The notes under the pieces were generated by a model, which was given only the letters and a program-made list of their open reading frames with translations, did no database searches and was not told the DNA's origin. Below are positions 28,769-38,896 of a stretch of 64,000 nucleotides of DNA, one piece after another (the first letter of the stretch is position 1; each line of letters begins with the position of its first letter). The stretch comes from Bacteriovoracaceae bacterium (lineage in GTDB: Bacteria > Bdellovibrionota > Bacteriovoracia > Bacteriovoracales > Bacteriovoracaceae). Both the position numbers and the translations under genes were made by a program. The DNA is taken from contig JBLWTJ010000001.1 in assembly GCA_048270185.1 (NCBI GenBank), forward strand, positions 1,088,001-1,152,000. Direction: 5' to 3'.

Positions 28769-31333
28769 ATGTCTAATTTTCTAGCAGATTACCACGCACA
28801 TGTTGAGGAACGTGCCAAAGAAGGTATTCCTCCATTAGCGCTAACAAAAGAACAGGCCACTGAAGTTGTAAAACTTCTTGAAGCTCAACCTACACAAGAG
28901 CTACTTAATCTCTTAAAAGATCGTATCAACCCGGGTGTTGATCCGGCCGCTCAAGTTAAAGCAAGCTTCCTAAATGGTATTGTTAAAGGTGCTCATTCTT
29001 GTTCACTAATCTCGAAAGAGTATGCAATTGAACTACTTGGTACAATGGTTGGTGGTTTCAACTTGCAAGGTCTAGTCGATACTGTAGCAGGAACTGATGA
29101 AGCTCTTGCAAAGCTAGCAGCAAAAGAACTAAAAAATCTTCCACTTGCAGTTAACGTTTTTGAAGACGTTAAAAAACTTGCTGACGGTGGAAATGCTATT
29201 GCTAAAGATGTAATCGAGTCTTGGGCAAATGCAGAATGGTTTACAAATAAGCCACAGATTGAAGAATCGATTAAGACAGTTGTTTACAAAGTTGATGGTG
29301 AGATCAACACAGATGACTTCTCTCCAGCTCCATTTGCATTCACAAGAGCAGATATCCCTCTCCACGCAAATGTCATGGGTGGATCACTTTTCCCAGAAGG
29401 TCCAAAAATTATTGCAGACCTTAAAGAGAAGTTTAAGCTTCCAGTTACTTTCGTTGGTGACGTTGTTGGAACAGGTTCTTCTAGAAAGTCAGCTTGTAAC
29501 TCACTTATCTGGTGTATTGGTGAAGATATTCCTTACGTTCCAAATAAGAGACGTGGTGGTGTCATCATTGGTTCAACAATTGCTCCGATTTTCTTCAACA
29601 CTGCTGAAGATTCAGGTGCCCTACCAATTCAAGGAATTGACGTATCTGCACTAACAACAGGAACAGTAATTGAAGTTCGCCCGCTAGAAGGAAAAATTCT
29701 TGATGAGAAAGGTGCTGAACTTGCAAAATACGATATCAATCCAGAAACAATTCTAGATGAATACAGAGCAGGAGGACGTGTTCCTCTAATTATCGGTAAA
29801 ATGCTTACTGATCAGGCCCGTGCTTCGCTAGGACTTGGTTCAGCAAATGATTCAGGAATCTTTGCTAAGCCACACTCAACTCTAGCACACGAAGGTCAGG
29901 GTTATACTCTTGCTCAAAAAATGGTTGGAAAAGCTTGTGGTGTTGAAGGTATTCTTCCAGGAACATCTTGTCTTCCAAAAATGACGACAGTTGGTTCTCA
30001 AGATACTACAGGACCGATGACAAGAGATGAGATGACTGAACTTGCGTGTCTTAAGTTTAACGCTGATCTTGTTATGCAATCTTTCTGTCACACGGCCGCA
30101 TATCCAAAGCCAAGTGATGTTATCACTCACGCAACTCTTCCTGATTATATCAGAGAGCGTGAAGGTGTATCACTTAGACCAGGTGATGGTATTATCCACT
30201 CATGGCTAAACCGTCTCTTAATTCCTGATACAGTAGGTACTGGTGGTGACTCACACACTCGTTTCCCTCTTGGGATTTCTTTCCCTGCAGGTTCAGGACT
30301 GGTAGCATTTGCAGCAGCACTTGGTGTTATGCCACTTGATATGCCAGAGTCAGTTCTTGTACGTTTCAAAGGAAAATTACAACCAGGTGTTACTCTTCGT
30401 GACGTTGTTAATATGATTCCTTACCAAGCAATTCAAGACGGTCTACTAACAGTAGAAAAGAAGAATAAGAAAAATATTTTTGCTGGTCGTATTCTAGAAA
30501 TGGAAGGACTACCAGATCTTAAACTTGAACAAGCTTTCGAACTTACAGATGCAACAGCAGAAAGAAGTGCAGCCGGTTCAACAATCAAGCTTGGGCGCGA
30601 AACAATTGTTGAATACTTAAATTCAAATATTGCACTGATGAAATCTATGATCGCAAATGGTTTTGGACACGTTGGAACAATTGAAAGGCGTATTGCTGAG
30701 GTTCAAGACTGGATTGATAATGGTGAACTAATGGAAGCTGACTCAAATGCCGAGTACGCAGCTATTATCGAAATCGATCTAGACGAAATGAAAGAGCCAA
30801 TCCTTGCATGTCCAAACGATCCTGATGACGTTAAGAAACTAAGTGACGTTGCTGGAGATAAAATTGATGAAGTATTCATCGGTTCATGTATGACTAATAT
30901 TGGTCACTTTAGAGCGGCGGCAACTGTTCTTGATGGTCAGGGTCAAGCTGATGCTAGACTATGGGTTTGCCCACCGACAAAAATGGATAAAGACCAACTT
31001 ACTAAAGAAGGTTATTACTCAAAATTTGCAGCAGCTGGAGCAAGACTTGAAATGCCAGGTTGTTCACTTTGTATGGGTAACCAAGCACGTGTTAAAGATG
31101 GAGTGACAGTATTCTCGACTTCAACTCGTAACTTCAACAACAGACTTGGTAAAGGTGCTCAAGTTTATTTAGGTTCAGCAGAACTTGCTGCAATCTGTGC
31201 AAAACTTGGATACATTCCACAACTTGAAGAATACCTAGGAATGATGAAGCCACTTGAAGGTAAAGATGATTCAATCTATCGTTACCTAAACTTCGATCAA
31301 ATGGAAAACTTCAGTATTGACGACAACGCATAA
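28769..31333 (+). CDS. acnB: Aconitate hydratase B
   Basis: N-terminal HEAT-like domain, [40 protein letters not shown]. Confidence 0.98.
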   Translation: MSNFLADYHAHVEERAKEGIPPLALTKEQATEVVKLLEAQPTQELLNLLKDRINPGVDPAAQVKASFLNGIVKGAHSCSLISKEYAIELLGTMVGGFNLQGLVDTVAGTDEALAKLAAKELKNLPLAVNVFEDVKKLADGGNAIAKDVIESWANAEWFTNKPQIEESIKTVVYKVDGEINTDDFSPAPFAFTRADIPLHANVMGGSLFPEGPKIIADLKEKFKLPVTFVGDVVGTGSSRKSACNSLIWCIGEDIPYVPNKRRGGVIIGSTIAPIFFNTAEDSGALPIQGIDVSALTTGTVIEVRPLEGKILDEKGAELAKYDINPETILDEYRAGGRVPLIIGKMLTDQARASLGLGSANDSGIFAKPHSTLAHEGQGYTLAQKMVGKACGVEGILPGTSCLPKMTTVGSQDTTGPMTRDEMTELACLKFNADLVMQSFCHTAAYPKPSDVITHATLPDYIREREGVSLRPGDGIIHSWLNRLLIPDTVGTGGDSHTRFPLGISFPAGSGLVAFAAALGVMPLDMPESVLVRFKGKLQPGVTLRDVVNMIPYQAIQDGLLTVEKKNKKNIFAGRILEMEGLPDLKLEQAFELTDATAERSAAGSTIKLGRETIVEYLNSNIALMKSMIANGFGHVGTIERRIAEVQDWIDNGELMEADSNAEYAAIIEIDLDEMKEPILACPNDPDDVKKLSDVAGDKIDEVFIGSCMTNIGHFRAAATVLDGQGQADARLWVCPPTKMDKDQLTKEGYYSKFAAAGARLEMPGCSLCMGNQARVKDGVTVFSTSTRNFNNRLGKGAQVYLGSAELAAICAKLGYIPQLEEYLGMMKPLEGKDDSIYRYLNFDQMENFSIDDNA

Positions 31334-31334
31334 T

Positions 31335-31373
31335 AAAAAAGAAAAAGGGAGCTATTTAAGCTCCCTTTTTTTT
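31335..31373. terminator. Bidirectional intrinsic terminator between acnB and the fibre gene
   Basis: AAAAAGGGAGCT-attta-AGCTCCCTTTTT flanked by A and T runs. Confidence 0.9.
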
Positions 31374-31375
31374 CG

Positions 31376-34300
31376 TTATTTTCTTAGACAAATTTTTGCT
31401 TTGGGGTTCATTTCACAAAGTGCTTCTTTTAACATTTTATTCTCTTCTTCAAGCTTCCTTGTACGAGCTTCGAGTGAAGCGATATCGCGACTATTATTAT
31501 CAGTAATTCCAATTAATTCTTTAACTGCTTCAATCAGTGGCGAAACGAGTTTTGCATAAGCAACACTTAGATAACCCTGATCATCTTCAGTTACCACTTC
31601 AGGGAATACTTTTTGAACTTCTTGAGCAATAACACCAATATCACGCCCCTTCTTAAATGACTTATTAGGAAAGTCTTCATGGCGCCAATCATAGTAAACA
31701 CCGTTAAGTAACTTGAATTGATCAAGAATCGACACTTCATTTGATATATTTACTATATTCTTTTTAAAGCGGCGATCAGATCCAGTGTTAAAAGTTCCCG
31801 AACCTCTAACAGCACCATTTACATCTAGTGCAAAAAAAGAGCTCGGAGTCATCGTTAAAATACCAACATTCTCATTTGTTGCGTTCACTTGTAGAATTGT
31901 TGTCGCAAACTCTCCTGCAGAAAAATTAATATCCCCAGCATCTGCCTGCATTCTAATTCCGTTATTTAACTCAGAATAGAAAACAATTGAATTTGCCCAT
32001 GAACTATCTAGGCCCTGGCCAGCGTAATCAAATGAAGAGTTAAGCGCTGATACCCCTGCTTCACCACCATCGACACTGAACTTAAAAGTAGAAATTGATT
32101 CAGCTCCAACAACATTATCTTGTATTTTAAATACTGGTGAATTTGCTTGCAGGGTCATATTTCCAGTATCATCAAATGAGATACCCTCATTACTATTTCC
32201 TGTTTTATTAAGACTATTTAGTCCCAATTGAATATCAGTCGATGCAATGTGATCCCCCATTCCATCGCCGATATCACCCGCAATATCAGTTGGACTAACA
32301 GGTGTCCATTGATTGGTATCAAGATCCCATACCATAATATATCCATCATCCAATGTGACATCAGCAATGGCCACGCCATGAATTGAAGTTGCGTCACTTC
32401 CACCTCCGGCTCCAGAAACCGAAGTCGGCTGCCACTTAGAAGTAGCAGAATCCCAAGCAAGAACTTGCCCATCACTTGGTGCAGTTGAAGCGACATCTCG
32501 ACTTTGAATAGTTGTCGCATCTGCGCTTCCCCCGCCTCCTCCAGAGACAGTTGCAGGCTCCCATTCTGAACTTGTTGAATTCCAAGATAGCACTTGCCCA
32601 TCACTAGGGGCCGTTGTCGCAACAGCACGAGACTGAAGTGTTGTCGCATCTCCACTTCCTCCTCCACCAGAGATTCCAGTAAGAAGGGAGCCATCAAGGG
32701 CCGGAAGACGTCCAGAACTATCGAGACGAAGAAGTTGATTTGCTCCATTAGAAGTAGCAATACTTATTTGAACATCATTTGTATTAGAAGTGAGTGTTAC
32801 ATCACTTGAGCTCGTTAGTCCCTTAAAGACTAGGTCCACACCTGACTTAGATTGGAAGAGAGATGTCCCTCCTGCACTTGAGGCGGTATTAGTTTCACCA
32901 CCGGCTCCACCACTTGATACTGTTCCAGGGGCCCATGTGGAAGTTGTGGCATTCCATAAAAGAGCCTGCCCATCAGTCGGTGCCGTTGAAGCGACGGCCC
33001 TTGATTGTAGAGTTGTTGCATCTCCTGATCCGCCAGAAATTCCTGTTAACTGGGAACCATCTAGTGCAGGAAGCTTACCGCTGCCATCAAGCCTTAGAAG
33101 TTGATTTGCTCCATTAGAAGTTGCAATACTAAGTCCGATATCATTCGCGTTAGAAGTCAAAGTAATATCACTAGAACTTGTTAATCCTTTAAAGATTAGG
33201 TCCACGCCTGACTTAGATTGGAAGAGAGATGTCCCTCCTGCACTTGAGGCGGTATTAGTTTCACCACCGGCTCCACCACTTGATACTGTTCCAGGGGCCC
33301 ATGTGGAAGTTGTGGCATTCCATAAAAGAGCCTGCCCATCAGTCGGTGCCGTTGAAGCGACGGCCCTTGATTGTAGAGTTGTTGCATCTCCTGATCCGCC
33401 AGAAATTCCTGTTAACTGGGAACCATCTAGTGCAGGAAGCTTACCGCTGCCATCAAGCCTTAGAAGTTGATTTGCTCCATTAGAAGTTGCAATACTAAGT
33501 CCGATATCATTCGCGTTAGAAGTCAAAGTAATATCACTAGAACTTGTTAATCCTTTAAAGATTAGGTCCACACCTGACTTAGATTGGAAGAGAGATGTCC
33601 CTCCTGCACTTGAGGCGGTATTAGTTTCACCACTGGCTCCACCACTCGTTACTGTTCCGGGTGCCCAAGTGGAAGTTGTGGCATTCCATAAAAGTGCTTG
33701 CCCATCTGTTGGAGCAGTCGATGATACTGCACGAGACTGAAGAGTTGTGGCATCACTTGAGATCCCCGTAAGTAGTGAACCATCAAGGGCCGGAATTCTT
33801 CCAGCAGAATCAAGCCTTAGAATTTCGTTTGCACCATTTGCCGTTGAAAGACTAAGGCCAATATCATTTATATTTGAAGTTAAAGTAATATCACTTGAGC
33901 TTGTTAATCCTTTAAATACTAAGTCATCACCAGATTTGGACTTAAAGATCGAAAGTCCACCGGCACTTGAAGCAGTGTTATCCACACCACTTGAAAGACC
34001 AGTTAACAGAGAACCATCAATGGCCGGAAGTCGTCCTGAAGAATCGAGACGAAGAAGTTGGTTGGCACCATTTGAAGTGGATACACTAATTTCAATATCA
34101 TTAACATTTGGAGTAAGAGCTATATCACTTGAGTTTGTTAAACCCTTAAAGACAAGATCATTTCCTGATTTAGCTTTAAAGATTGATGTTCCACCGGCAC
34201 TAGAAGCAGTGTTATCCACACCACTTGAAAGTCCAGTTAGCAGAGAACCATCAAGGGCCGGAAGACGTCCAAGGCCATCCAATCTTAATAATTCCCCTGC

Positions 34301-35929
34301 ACCATTTGAAGTTGTTACGCCAATTGTGACATCATTTGTATTTGATGTAATGGCAATGTCACTTGTATTCGATAAACCTTTAAAGACTAAGTTACTTCCC
34401 ACTTTATTTTGGTAAAGCGAAACACCTCCTGCACTTGAAGCAGTATTTGTTTCACCACCAGCACCACCAGAAGTAATAGTGGATGGCTCCCAACGTGAGC
34501 TAGTGCCATTCCAAAGCAGTGCCTGTCCATCACTAGGCGCTGTCGTTGCGACATCAAAAGACTGAAGAGTAACTGCATTGCTTGAACCACCTGTGACAAG
34601 AGATGTCGGCTCCCATGTTGAAGTTGTTCCATTCCACTGAAGTACTTCCCCATCATTTGGAGCAGCACTTGATAGTGAGCGAGACTGTAAAGTTGTCGCA
34701 TTACTTGATCCTCCTGCCGAAATTCCCGTTAGTTGAGAACCGTCAATTGCAGGAAGTCGTCCAAGCGAATCAAGTCTTAATAATTGATTTGCATTATTTG
34801 ATGTCGTTACACCTATCTCAACACTATTTGCACCAGGAGTAAGAGTAATATCACTTGTATTTCCTAGCCCTTTGAAAACTAAATCGTAACCTGACTTTGC
34901 TTGAAAGAGAGAAACCCCTCCTGCACTTGAAGCAGTGTTAATCTCACCGGCACCACCGCCTCCGCCACCTCCAGCAACTGTTCCAGGCTCCCATAATGAG
35001 GTTGCTCCATTCCAGACTAATGCCTGGCCATCAGCAGGAGCAGCAGTTGAAATATTACGTGATTGCATTTGAGTTGCATTGGCAGAACTTGCAACGATAC
35101 CTGTTAGTTGAGATCCATCAACAGCAGGAAGTCTTAAAGAAGAATCTAGTCTTACTAATTGATTAGCACCATTACTTGTATTAACACCAATTCCAACAGT
35201 GTTTAAGTTTGAAGAGATCGTAATATCTGAAGAACCAAGTAAACCTTTTAATTGTAATTGTGATCCCACTTTCTGTTTATATAGCGAAGTACCGCCAGTA
35301 GATAAAATAGTATTGGCTTCACCTGATGATGAAACTCCTCCATCATCAACTCCTACACTCCACTGATAACCATTGTACTTTAAAACTGAGCCAGCAACAG
35401 CACCACTTGTATCAACACCAAGTAGGTCATCGATACTAAAGCTTACGGCGCCACTCATTCCGTTGATTTGAGTTACTCCTGAAGTTGTTAAATTCGCAGG
35501 CCCCCACCTTCCAGTAAAAGAGTTGTACTGTAATACTTGACCATTTGTTGCCCCCATATCGGGAAGATCAACATTGATTTCAAAAGTACTCGCTCCATTG
35601 GCCGTCTCTAATGTTAGAGATAGGATCTGATTAAGTGGTAATAATGTATTTCCAAGAGCATCAGCAATAATCTCATTACTCGATTGAGACTCAACCTGAA
35701 ATTCAGACTTAACACCGTTGTCATCTGTCAGGCTTACGCTTTCGACTTCATCAAGATTTGATCCATTGATTTTAAGAGAAGGGCCCACCACCGCAATATT
35801 AGTCACCTGAACGCTATTAGATGAACCTGTATCTTCAGATTGGCGCTGGTTTCCCTGAGGAGTACAAGATGAAATTATCATGACAACAAGGAATGCAAGA
35901 ATGTGATTAAAGAATAAACTCTCTCTCAT
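31376..35929 (-). CDS. Phage-tail-fibre-like trimeric adhesin lipoprotein with C-terminal S74 autocleaving chaperone (MAT-like)
   Basis: ISSC lipobox, IPT-like domain, repeated fibre modules, GSDRRFKKNI..W..GVIAQEV..PE.V..V.Y..L..LIEA.KEL plus coiled coil. Confidence 0.88.
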   Translation of the reverse strand: MRESLFFNHILAFLVVMIISSCTPQGNQRQSEDTGSSNSVQVTNIAVVGPSLKINGSNLDEVESVSLTDDNGVKSEFQVESQSSNEIIADALGNTLLPLNQILSLTLETANGASTFEINVDLPDMGATNGQVLQYNSFTGRWGPANLTTSGVTQINGMSGAVSFSIDDLLGVDTSGAVAGSVLKYNGYQWSVGVDDGGVSSSGEANTILSTGGTSLYKQKVGSQLQLKGLLGSSDITISSNLNTVGIGVNTSNGANQLVRLDSSLRLPAVDGSQLTGIVASSANATQMQSRNISTAAPADGQALVWNGATSLWEPGTVAGGGGGGGAGEINTASSAGGVSLFQAKSGYDLVFKGLGNTSDITLTPGANSVEIGVTTSNNANQLLRLDSLGRLPAIDGSQLTGISAGGSSNATTLQSRSLSSAAPNDGEVLQWNGTTSTWEPTSLVTGGSSNAVTLQSFDVATTAPSDGQALLWNGTSSRWEPSTITSGGAGGETNTASSAGGVSLYQNKVGSNLVFKGLSNTSDIAITSNTNDVTIGVTTSNGAGELLRLDGLGRLPALDGSLLTGLSSGVDNTASSAGGTSIFKAKSGNDLVFKGLTNSSDIALTPNVNDIEISVSTSNGANQLLRLDSSGRLPAIDGSLLTGLSSGVDNTASSAGGLSIFKSKSGDDLVFKGLTSSSDITLTSNINDIGLSLSTANGANEILRLDSAGRIPALDGSLLTGISSDATTLQSRAVSSTAPTDGQALLWNATTSTWAPGTVTSGGASGETNTASSAGGTSLFQSKSGVDLIFKGLTSSSDITLTSNANDIGLSIATSNGANQLLRLDGSGKLPALDGSQLTGISGGSGDATTLQSRAVASTAPTDGQALLWNATTSTWAPGTVSSGGAGGETNTASSAGGTSLFQSKSGVDLIFKGLTSSSDITLTSNANDIGLSIATSNGANQLLRLDGSGKLPALDGSQLTGISGGSGDATTLQSRAVASTAPTDGQALLWNATTSTWAPGTVSSGGAGGETNTASSAGGTSLFQSKSGVDLVFKGLTSSSDVTLTSNTNDVQISIATSNGANQLLRLDSSGRLPALDGSLLTGISGGGGSGDATTLQSRAVATTAPSDGQVLSWNSTSSEWEPATVSGGGGGSADATTIQSRDVASTAPSDGQVLAWDSATSKWQPTSVSGAGGGSDATSIHGVAIADVTLDDGYIMVWDLDTNQWTPVSPTDIAGDIGDGMGDHIASTDIQLGLNSLNKTGNSNEGISFDDTGNMTLQANSPVFKIQDNVVGAESISTFKFSVDGGEAGVSALNSSFDYAGQGLDSSWANSIVFYSELNNGIRMQADAGDINFSAGEFATTILQVNATNENVGILTMTPSSFFALDVNGAVRGSGTFNTGSDRRFKKNIVNISNEVSILDQFKLLNGVYYDWRHEDFPNKSFKKGRDIGVIAQEVQKVFPEVVTEDDQGYLSVAYAKLVSPLIEAVKELIGITDNNSRDIASLEARTRKLEEENKMLKEALCEMNPKAKICLRK
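32831..33646. repeat. Near-identical 366-bp (122-codon) tandem repeat, about 2.2 copies, inside the fibre gene
   Basis: TAGGTCCACRCCTGACTTAG at 32831, 33197 and 33563; shadow ORFs 32914-33117 and 33280-33483 translate identically. Confidence 0.95.
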
Positions 35930-36101
35930 TACAATTCCTAATTCGGACTTGCTCTTCTTTATAGTTATTTAATATTAACGGATTTTTATAAATGGAAATT
36001 ATTACCCTCAAAATACTTTATAAGTACCTAAGAACAGGGGTAATTAATTGTAATTTAGATAAGATATGGACACATAAATGACCAGAATACTAGGCATGAA
36101 A

Positions 36102-36126
36102 TTAAGGGAGCTTAGCGCTCCCTTAA
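36102..36126 (-). terminator. Probable terminator hairpin after the gene ending at 36129
   Basis: TTAAGGGAGC-ttagc-GCTCCCTTAA. Confidence 0.7.
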
Positions 36127-36128
36127 GG

Positions 36129-36911
36129 TTATTTACAGAATGATTTGATAACTCGTTTAACTTTCTTAAGTTCAGCGAAACGACCTGAGTATGGTGCGAA
36201 CTCACCGTAGTAGCGATTAAATATCAGAGTATTATCGCCATATTCATAATCCACATGCTTAAGCTCTCCTGGATAATTACTGTCGACAACAAAGATACGG
36301 TAACCGTTTTTCTTCTTAACCATATGAACAACTAACCAAGCGTGAGCATCAATCCCTTTAATTTGAAGTTTTTGGTAAGTAACATCACCTTGACCCACAA
36401 CTCTTTCATAAAGCTTATCGGCCATTCTCTGCATTCCGCCATCACTTCTCTTAGTCGTTCCAAGAAGACCAATTACCCATTGTTGGTTGATGAATCCATC
36501 AGTTCTTTGCCATCTTTCAAGTTCTGCTTGAATTAGATAATCATTATCAGATGAGAATTGTCTAAGGTTGCGGTAACCTGGGATCTCAACAACATTCTTC
36601 CCTTTTCTGATATCTTTGATAATTTCTTTGATCTTATCTTCAGATGGCTTTGCTAGATCAGGTCTAAATAGTCCAAGATAGAGTGCCTTACGGTGAAAGC
36701 GTGAGTGCCACCAACAAACACCGCCATTCATAAGACCTCCACCATTTCTAAAGGCCATGTGAGCACCGATATTTGTCATCATTTGGTTACGTACGAAATC
36801 CTTATCTTGTCTTTGTTGACAGAACTTTTGTTTAACTGTCGCAGCGTGGGTTGCTTGAGATGCAGCCAACGCTCCTAATGTAAGTAGGATTGATAAGTAG
36901 ATTGATTTCAT
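36129..36911 (-). CDS. Secreted protein with putative papain-like Cys-His-Asp triad
   Basis: Signal peptide from MKSIYL (SD GGAG); GGVCWW...HAWLVV...VDSNYP. Confidence 0.65.
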   Translation of the reverse strand: MKSIYLSILLTLGALAASQATHAATVKQKFCQQRQDKDFVRNQMMTNIGAHMAFRNGGGLMNGGVCWWHSRFHRKALYLGLFRPDLAKPSEDKIKEIIKDIRKGKNVVEIPGYRNLRQFSSDNDYLIQAELERWQRTDGFINQQWVIGLLGTTKRSDGGMQRMADKLYERVVGQGDVTYQKLQIKGIDAHAWLVVHMVKKKNGYRIFVVDSNYPGELKHVDYEYGDNTLIFNRYYGEFAPYSGRFAELKKVKRVIKSFCK

Positions 36912-37021
36912 AAGTCGCTCTCCGTTGTCTTTCTTTTGTGAACTTGTACAACGCATAGCGACAGCAATCAAGGCATCTAGTAAAATCTTCTGAAACCAAG
37001 GTTCTTACAATGTAATATCAA

Positions 37022-37963
37022 CTACTTAGTACAGAGTCTCTCTTCAACAATTAAGTGAGAGATATCGTACTTCTCAAGAATCTTCTCACGGTAGTAGTCT
37101 CCGCCACGTAGCTCACAATTGTAAATCATGACTTCACAAGCGTGGGCATTCGGTGCAATTCTCCAAATATGCAGGTCAGCAATTTCGATATTCTCATCAT
37201 CAGAAAAGAGCTTTCTGATTTCTTTCTCATCAAATAGTTTTGAATTACCATCCAATAATTCCCAAACAGTATCTTTGGCAAGTCCCCATGCCCATTTTAG
37301 AATTACAATGGCCCCTAGAATACCAATAATTGGATCGGCCCAATTCCATCCGAAGTACTTTCCAGCAAAGAGTGCAGCAATGGCCATCACCGAAGTTAGA
37401 GCATCGGCAATAACATGCATAAGTGCTGAGCGATGATTATGGTCATGAACATGGCCGTGGCCATGGTGGTCATGATCGTGTCCATGACTATGCCCATGGT
37501 GATGATCGTGAGAATCCCACAAAAGAAGTGCACTCAAGACATTAACAATAAGACCAATAATAGCAACAACAATGGCCGTTTCAAATTTAATCTCCATGGG
37601 ATTTAAGAAGCGTCCAATAGACTCGACTCCCATCACAACGGCAACGATTCCAAGCATCAGTGCACTTGTATATCCACCAAGAGGGATCATCTTCCCTGCA
37701 CCAAAACTAAGTTTTGAATTAAGTTTTTCATTTCGAGCTAAGCGGTAAACAATTACAGTAATACCAAGTGCACCAACGTGAGAGCCCATATGCCAACCGT
37801 CGGCAAGTAAGGCCATTGAACCCGTGAAGTATCCATATCCAATTTCGGCCACCATCGTAACAAAGGTTAAAATGATAACAAGGATTGTCTTTTTCTCATT
37901 TGATCCAAGACGATCATCTTCTAATACGTAATTATGTGTTTCTAAGTGTTCTTCGTGCTTCAT
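37022..37963 (-). CDS. dmeF: CDF-family Co/Ni efflux transporter
   Basis: Start MKHEEH; GSMALLADGWHMGSH, His-rich loop, DHNHRSALMHVIADALTS, DLHIW. Confidence 0.9.
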   Translation of the reverse strand: MKHEEHLETHNYVLEDDRLGSNEKKTILVIILTFVTMVAEIGYGYFTGSMALLADGWHMGSHVGALGITVIVYRLARNEKLNSKLSFGAGKMIPLGGYTSALMLGIVAVVMGVESIGRFLNPMEIKFETAIVVAIIGLIVNVLSALLLWDSHDHHHGHSHGHDHDHHGHGHVHDHNHRSALMHVIADALTSVMAIAALFAGKYFGWNWADPIIGILGAIVILKWAWGLAKDTVWELLDGNSKLFDEKEIRKLFSDDENIEIADLHIWRIAPNAHACEVMIYNCELRGGDYYREKILEKYDISHLIVEERLCTK

Positions 37964-37964
37964 A

Positions 37965-38243
37965 TTACTTCCAATAAGTTTTAATAAGATTAACCAATTC
38001 AATTGCAGCTTCATCTTGAGGCGTTCTTGGATCAAGTGGTGAAACCATGACGTGGTTTTTTACATGCTCTTCGATCAGCTCTCCAGTTAATCCGTTGAGC
38101 CCCCCGCGACAGGCCGCAAGAGTTTGTAGAATGCTATAGCAATCCTTATCTTCTTCTAAGGCCCTCTCAACAGCTTCAAGTTGGCCTTTGATTCTTCTAA
38201 GACGAGTGATAATTTTCTTTTTATTTTGTTGAATATGGGCCAA
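37965..38243 (-). CDS. dmeR: CsoR/RcnR-family metal-sensing repressor
   Basis: MAH.., RLRRIKGQ, DC..ILQ.LAA.RG, EEHVKNH give the H-C-H-H fingerprint; TTG start with SD GGAGG. Confidence 0.88.
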   Translation of the reverse strand: MAHIQQNKKKIITRLRRIKGQLEAVERALEEDKDCYSILQTLAACRGGLNGLTGELIEEHVKNHVMVSPLDPRTPQDEAAIELVNLIKTYWK

Positions 38244-38260
38244 TTGCCACCTCCATTAAC

Positions 38261-38279
38261 TATACTATACCCCAGTATA
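38261..38279. promoter_or_regulatory. RcnR/DmeR-type operator
   Basis: TATACT-ataCCCC-AGTATA (TACT-N7 with G/C tract-AGTA), just upstream of the dmeR SD. Confidence 0.8.
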
Positions 38280-38329
38280 ATATCTAATAAAAGGCTAAAA
38301 TTATTCCTTTAAATTCAATAACTTAAAAA

Positions 38330-38887
38330 TTATAAATCAAATGACTGACGAAAGTATGAGCGAGGAAATTTTAAAAGCTCAAGCTTTGGAATTTCAAAAT
38401 CCCCTATTTTCGTATCACTTAAAGTGACGGCGTAGAATTCATTCTTGCCTTCTTTTCCGATAACGAAAACATTGATTTCTTGGCCATCCATAAAGAGTTT
38501 ATGCTCACCAAATTTACGATACTCTCCAAATTGAGTTTTCTGATCTTCAAGGGGAAGAGTTTCAGGGCCAAGGGGCAGACGAAAGCGGTAACTACTGACA
38601 AGATTTCCCGCAACAATCATGGCATTTCCACGATTAAGCTTTGTCGTCGCCTTATTTAAAAAGTAATCCATGATATAGGCGATAAGATCAACGTCTTTTA
38701 GATTTAAATCGTAGATCTTTTGCTCATTGCCTTCTAATCGCGATTGGCGATTTAAGATAACTTGAGAAATAAAAACATTTCCTGAAGGATGGAGAATGCG
38801 AACAGTATTACCCTGATCCTTTGAAATATCCCAGGCCCATTCAGTTGTTGGAAATAAAGGTGTTAGTGTTACAGTTTTCTGATTCAT
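38330..38887 (-). CDS. Hypothetical protein
   Basis: 185-aa ORF starting 9 bp downstream of lysA. Confidence 0.65.
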   Translation of the reverse strand: MNQKTVTLTPLFPTTEWAWDISKDQGNTVRILHPSGNVFISQVILNRQSRLEGNEQKIYDLNLKDVDLIAYIMDYFLNKATTKLNRGNAMIVAGNLVSSYRFRLPLGPETLPLEDQKTQFGEYRKFGEHKLFMDGQEINVFVIGKEGKNEFYAVTLSDTKIGDFEIPKLELLKFPRSYFRQSFDL

Positions 38888-38896
38888 ATGGCGATC

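Noticed and set aside
32831..33646. Repeats as a CRISPR array or a DGR template/variable pair
   Set aside because: They are contiguous in-frame coding repeats with no spacers, no cas or reverse transcriptase gene and no adenine-specific variation.
33978..34220. Two perfect DnaA boxes (TTATCCACA at 33978 and 34212)
   Set aside because: Both are the antisense of the repeated GVDN codons inside the fibre gene; there is no intergenic origin context.
33747..34415. 222-aa antisense ORF, and other shadow ORFs such as 11588-12100, 13967-14311 and 53029-53259
   Set aside because: They lie opposite or inside well-supported genes, reflect codon bias or low complexity, and carry no independent motifs.
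31376..35929. Prophage remnant
   Set aside because: No integrase, capsid, terminase or other phage genes nearby; the protein has a bacterial lipoprotein signal.
35930..36100. AT-rich intergenic region as ncRNA or riboswitch
   Set aside because: No recognisable structure or conserved motif; most simply the promoter region of the fibre gene.
37430..37510. Low-complexity His-codon repeat tract
   Set aside because: Explained by the His-rich cytoplasmic loop typical of CDF transporters.
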